A stretch of DNA of 64,000 nt from the human T2T-CHM13v2.0 reference genome, Homo sapiens. The stretch lies in assembly GCF_009914755.1 (NCBI RefSeq), contig NC_060925.1. The stretch is one strand, 5' to 3'. The notes under the pieces were generated by a model, which saw only the letters and a list, made by a program, of their open reading frames with translations, made no database searches and was not told the origin of the DNA. The number at the start of each line of letters is the position of its first letter. Positions within the stretch are counted from its first letter, which is position 1. Both the position numbers and the translations under genes were made by a program. Positions 59,595-64,000 of the stretch are shown here, piece after piece.

Positions 59595-59808
59595 TTTAAT
59601 TGTACATTTTAAGATAAATTAAAGAGTGTAATTGGATTGTAACTCAAAGGATAATGGTTGAGGGAAAGAATACCCTATTCCCCATGATGTGCTTACTTCA
59701 CATTGCATGCCTGTATCAAAACATCTCATGTACCCCATAAATATGTACACCTACTATGTACCCACAAAAATTTTTTTAATTTTTTAAAAAATAAATAAAT
59801 AAATAAAT
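59595..59808 (+). mobile_element. L1MA-type 3' end
   Basis: gtaactcaaaggata...cacattgcatgcctgtatcaaaacatctcatgtaccccataaatat...cccacaaaaatt plus A-rich tail. Confidence 0.85.
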
Positions 59809-61015
59809 CTAGCTCAAGAAGAACTAGAAAAAAAAAAAGAATAAATTGTTCTAGACCTTTGTGAAAGGGAAATGGTGTAATTGGAGACCACAGACCTGGA
59901 GGTTGAGTACCCCTATCAGAGTGGGGTAAGGAGACTTGGGGCTGTCTTCATTCTGCATTATGAGAAATAAGGAAGATGCTAGTAGTAGATAGTACTTGCT
60001 GTTAGGTAAAGGGGGATACATCTCAAAAGAAACCACTAGTAGCAGGTAGGGAAAAATTTTAACTGAGAAGGTAGAAATTTTACCCAAAGGAGAGAATTCT
60101 GGCAGCTATAGATAATGAGTGGTTTAGCTAACAGGACCCCTAGTGAAGGAGAGGTTGTGGTCATGAGCTGAGGGCAGCAGGGATCTAATCAGAGTCAGAG
60201 ACGAGAATGTCCTGAAGGAATGGGAGAAACCAAGCAGGTCCAGAATTCCAGGGACAAATAACCCAGACAAATAACCCAGGCAGGAATTCAACCTTGAGAA
60301 ACAGAGAGGAGATTCAGGCATGGCATTTGGTGAGGAGCGCACTATGTGATAGCTATTTTAGAGCTCAGCCTTCACAGCCAAATGGACCGAGGCTCAAACC
60401 TCAGCTTGATCAGGCAAGTTACTTAACCTCTCTAAGTCTCAGTCCACATCCCTATGAAATGAGGCTGTTGAGAGGAATAAATGAGACTATGTGTGAATAG
60501 GGTTTAGGACTATGCCTGGTTCATAGTAAATACTAAAATAGTCATTGCAAATGTAATGGTAATGGGGGAGGAATTAACAGGAGTAGAGGTAATAGTAAGA
60601 GTGGTGATGGTGGTAGTAACAAGGAAATATTCCAGAATCTGATTGCTGGAATTAAGATAGCTGTCCGTTGGCACTGAACTGGAAGTCAGGACATCAGACT
60701 CCAATCCTACTTTTGCTGAATGCTAGATATGTGATCTCATTCAAGTCAAAGGACTTCTCTGAGCCTCGGTCTTCTCACCTGTCAAGTGGAGGTGTTCACA
60801 CTGGTTGTGCACTACTCCCAGAATTCCTGCGAGAATTTCATCAGATGCAGCATCTGCAACCACCAACACAGACACTTGATGAATGCTGACCCACTCCAAT
60901 GGTCAGGATTCGCCAACAAGACTGACCTGAAACTGAATCAAATGTTCTCACCTTTCCTTTTCTGAAGGAGGGTAAGGCCAGAGTTTGGACCAGGTTGAAC
61001 TTGCCAATGTGTTTG

Positions 61016-61737
61016 TGATATAGACAGGAGAAAGGAAAATACTGGGTAGAAGAGGGTAGTTCCCTGGCAAAGTCCCCACCCTCAAGCCTGGAAATCCATG
61101 GCCCTAAACGGGAACAGGCATTCCTGTTTTCATGCCCCAAAGTTGATAAACCCCAGTCTTCACAGGGAGATGAGGAAACAAACAGAAAAGCAGAAGAAGG
61201 GCAGAGCAATGCGGCAGAGGGAAGGAAAGGAATGTCTGAACATCAAGAGGAATTCAGCTGGGGGCATCTAGAGAGGAGATCCGCCACTGGACATTCAAAT
61301 TCCAGGGAAAGATCATCTTCCCACTCCATCCCCCTTCTAACTCCGCATCCATCCTACTGAGAGCCACCTCCACCACTCAATAAAACCCCTGCATTCATCC
61401 TTCAAATCTGTGTGTGACCTGATTCTTCCTGGACACCGGACAAAGACCTGGGTACCAAGAGTGTCTACTGAGCTGTCTAACACTTAAGCCATCCCTGGAC
61501 AGCAAGGCTAAAAGAGAGCACTGTAACACACGCCCACTTGGGCTTTGGGAGTTGCAGACACCCACCCATAGACACAACCATGGGGCTGGAGCCCAAAAAG
61601 CGCTCACCCTGACTCCTGCACCTGACTGTCTGCATGCTCCCCTTCCTGTAAGGGGTTTGAGCACCCAGCGGCTGAACATATGAGCCACCCCCAATCACAC
61701 ATCCTGCGAGGGGGGGTCAGGGAACTCTTCCATTTCA
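61016..61737 (+). mobile_element. MER50-like ERV1 solo LTR
   Basis: tgatatagacagg...actgggtagaagaggg...ccccaccctcaagcctgg start, AATAAA at 61379, gggtcagggaactcttccatttca end. Confidence 0.8.
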
Positions 61738-62547
61738 TCTGTTTAAGTGGTCTTGGCTGAGAGACTGGTTTTCTGGGGGGCAGAGAATTAGGCAGGTCAT
61801 CATTTTCTCCCTCAGTCATAAATCACCTCCAAATAATCCTGGCTGTCACCATCAGAAAGCTTAAACTCACCTTGAATCCAACCTTTGAGTTAAAAGGAAC
61901 TTGGAATTCTTTCTTTGACTCCCTTGGGCATTTAGGTTTTAAATTCATTTGTAAACATTGGTTTGGAAAGAAATCTAGGTAGATCCAGGTTTGCAATTTT
62001 AATCCGAAGCCACATTTCTGGGCTTTCCTGTAGCATACCCACCTAACTGGAAAATCTAAAAGTAAATACATTTTGAAGAGAGAGAGAGAGAAAAAAAAAA
62101 AATAAGTTCCTGCTGCTCTCAGATGAGGCCTTTGCAACCTGTGAATGATGTTATCATTTTTTTGCCTGTACAAAAAATAGACAGCTTTATTTTCACTTTC
62201 TTCTAAGTCATTTATGCGACTACAAAGGTGGTAGTGGGAGTCTCTGAGAATTGTTTTATAACACTGTGGTGCCCTCCTTTGAAAAACAAAACCAAATTAT
62301 CCATGTATAGCACTAAGTGAGGTGGACCTGAGCAAGGCATAGCAATGTTTGCTTTCTGCAGACATCTGAAGTGGGAGCCATGGTGACCAGGCATACCTGA
62401 TGGCCACACAGCTATCCCCCAGCACTCAGAGGAGCCATCACAGGGATATTAGATCACATTAACATTTTAAAACCTACTAATGCACTTATCACACTTACTC
62501 AACTTGTCCGGTGGATCTGGTATTTCGATCAAAAGAGTTCTAAATAG

Positions 62548-63078
62548 TAGGGGGACCAACTGTCTTGGTTGCTGGGGAATGAGGGATTTCCTGGGATGTG
62601 AAACTTTCAGTAAAACAGGGACAGTCCCCCACAAACTGGGACAGTGGTCATCCTGCTAAAGAGTGTCCCATTTTCCTATTGCTGATGCCAACAAAAAATG
62701 ACAAGGCGAAGAGTAGAGACAGCACGACCCCTTCTTTAAAGCAGTGATTATCGAACTTTAGCCTGCCTCAGAATCCCTTGGAGGGCGCAGGAAAGTGGCT
62801 TGACTAGAATTTCTGACTCAGTAGATCTGGGTAGGACCAAAGAATGTGCATTTCTAATGAGTCCCCACATGAGGCTGATACTGCTCGTCCAGGACTACAT
62901 GTAAGAACCACTGCTCTAAACACTGGGTTCTTAGCTGCACATTGGAATCACCTGAAGACTTTTTAAAAAATGGGTGCTTTGATCTCACCCCTTAGAGGTT
63001 TTGATTTAATAGCTATGGAGGTATTTTTCAACCTTTCCAGGTAATTCTAATGTGCAACAAAGTCTGAGACCACTGCCC
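62548..63078. mobile_element. Cluster of hAT MITEs: MER94-like (62548-62655), MER5A (62742-62918), MER5A1-like (62920-63078)
   Basis: agggggacc.../ggtcatcct termini. cagtg.../gaaccactg termini with ttctgactcagtagatctggg and tgcatttctaa signatures. Confidence 0.7.
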
Positions 63079-64000
63079 TAAAAGGCACTGAATTCAGGAA
63101 ATGACTCGATTGACATTTGTTTCCTGACATTTGTTCATTTGACATTCAACATGTACTTGTTGAGCAACTACTATGTGCCATGCACTATGACAGAGGCTGT
63201 CTGGTTAGACTATATATGATCCCTTCCTCAAGGAGCTTACTGTTTCAGGGAAAACACAAGAAAAACAAGTCAACGAAAAATAATATACAATTAAAAATTG
63301 AGATAAGAGCCCTGGAAAAAAAAAGAGCAGGGACCTAGGGATCTAGGGGAATAAGGGTATGGGGAGAACTATTCTGGACAGAGATGTCATTGAGGATGTC
63401 TCCAAGATGACATTTAAGCCAAAACCAGAAAAATGAAGGCCAGCCATCCTGCGTATGGAGAGAAAAGCACTCCAAGGAAGAGAAAAAGTTCTCAGAACTG
63501 TCGGTCGGGAGGGGAGTGCTCCTGGAGGCAGAGAGCTGGGCAGGGCGACCTGAGACAAGGTCATGGGTGGGGTGGACAGGGCCACATCCCTCCTAGACCA
63601 TGGGAACCAGCTGAAGTCATATTCTAAGTGCACTGGCAAGCACTGAGGGAGAACATTTCTGTTTTCATTTTATATTTGAAAGTATATACATTTTTAAGGC
63701 TGCCATGTGGAAAAGAGATTGGAAGCCTCTGAACCCAGGTTCTTCACCAAAGACAGATGAGAGCGAGGGATTCAGATGGTGACGAGTCATGAGAATGTCT
63801 CCCAAGGGTTGCTGAGAAGGGCTGCATGGGGTACACCGTGTGCGGCTGTAGCTTTCGGGAGAAGAACTGTGAGTGCCAGTCACATACGGTGGCTGAGTGC
63901 ACGTCTCTTGTGCACTGCGTGGGCGAACTCACCAGATATTAAGTTACAGGCATCAGTTTAGCACCTCCACCTCTTTTCAGTGTGGACTTGGGCTGCAGGC

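Overview
Alu-rich human (or very close great-ape) genomic DNA. I recognise it as the RHEX (C1orf186) - AVPR1B locus, which I recall as human chr1q32.1. RHEX lies on the + strand with five coding exons that I assembled through GT-AG junctions into an intact 172-aa single-pass adaptor (17871-21994), with polyA signals near 22445-22475 and a candidate GATA-flanked upstream non-coding exon ending at 3690. AVPR1B (vasopressin V1b receptor, 424 aa) lies convergently on the - strand with two coding exons (36936-35997, 30570-30236) separated by a non-canonical GC-AG intron. It has a CpG-island promoter (~37300-37930) and a probable long 3'UTR to ~26980. This copy encodes Asn65 and His364, where I recall Lys65 and Arg364 in the reference protein. 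The rest of the window is intronic or intergenic repeat: about 30 Alu/FLAM copies, old L1/MIR/L2 fragments, solo LTRs (MER41-like, MER50, MST, MLT2) and DNA transposons (MER75B, MER91A, MER5A, MER94). Nearly all other ORFs in the track are Alu-derived or shadow frames. I found no evidence of a wholly new gene system. The most notable unexplained structures are a ~135-bp non-Alu inverted repeat in the RHEX 5' intron, read-through ORFs that would give truncated forms of both receptors, ITIM/ITSM-like tyrosines and a candidate in-frame microexon in RHEX, splice signals on both strands of the AVPR1B CpG island, a piggyBac MITE nested in an Alu, and several template-switch-like micro-rearrangements. 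Repeat subfamily names are from recall of consensus sequences and repeat boundaries are approximate.
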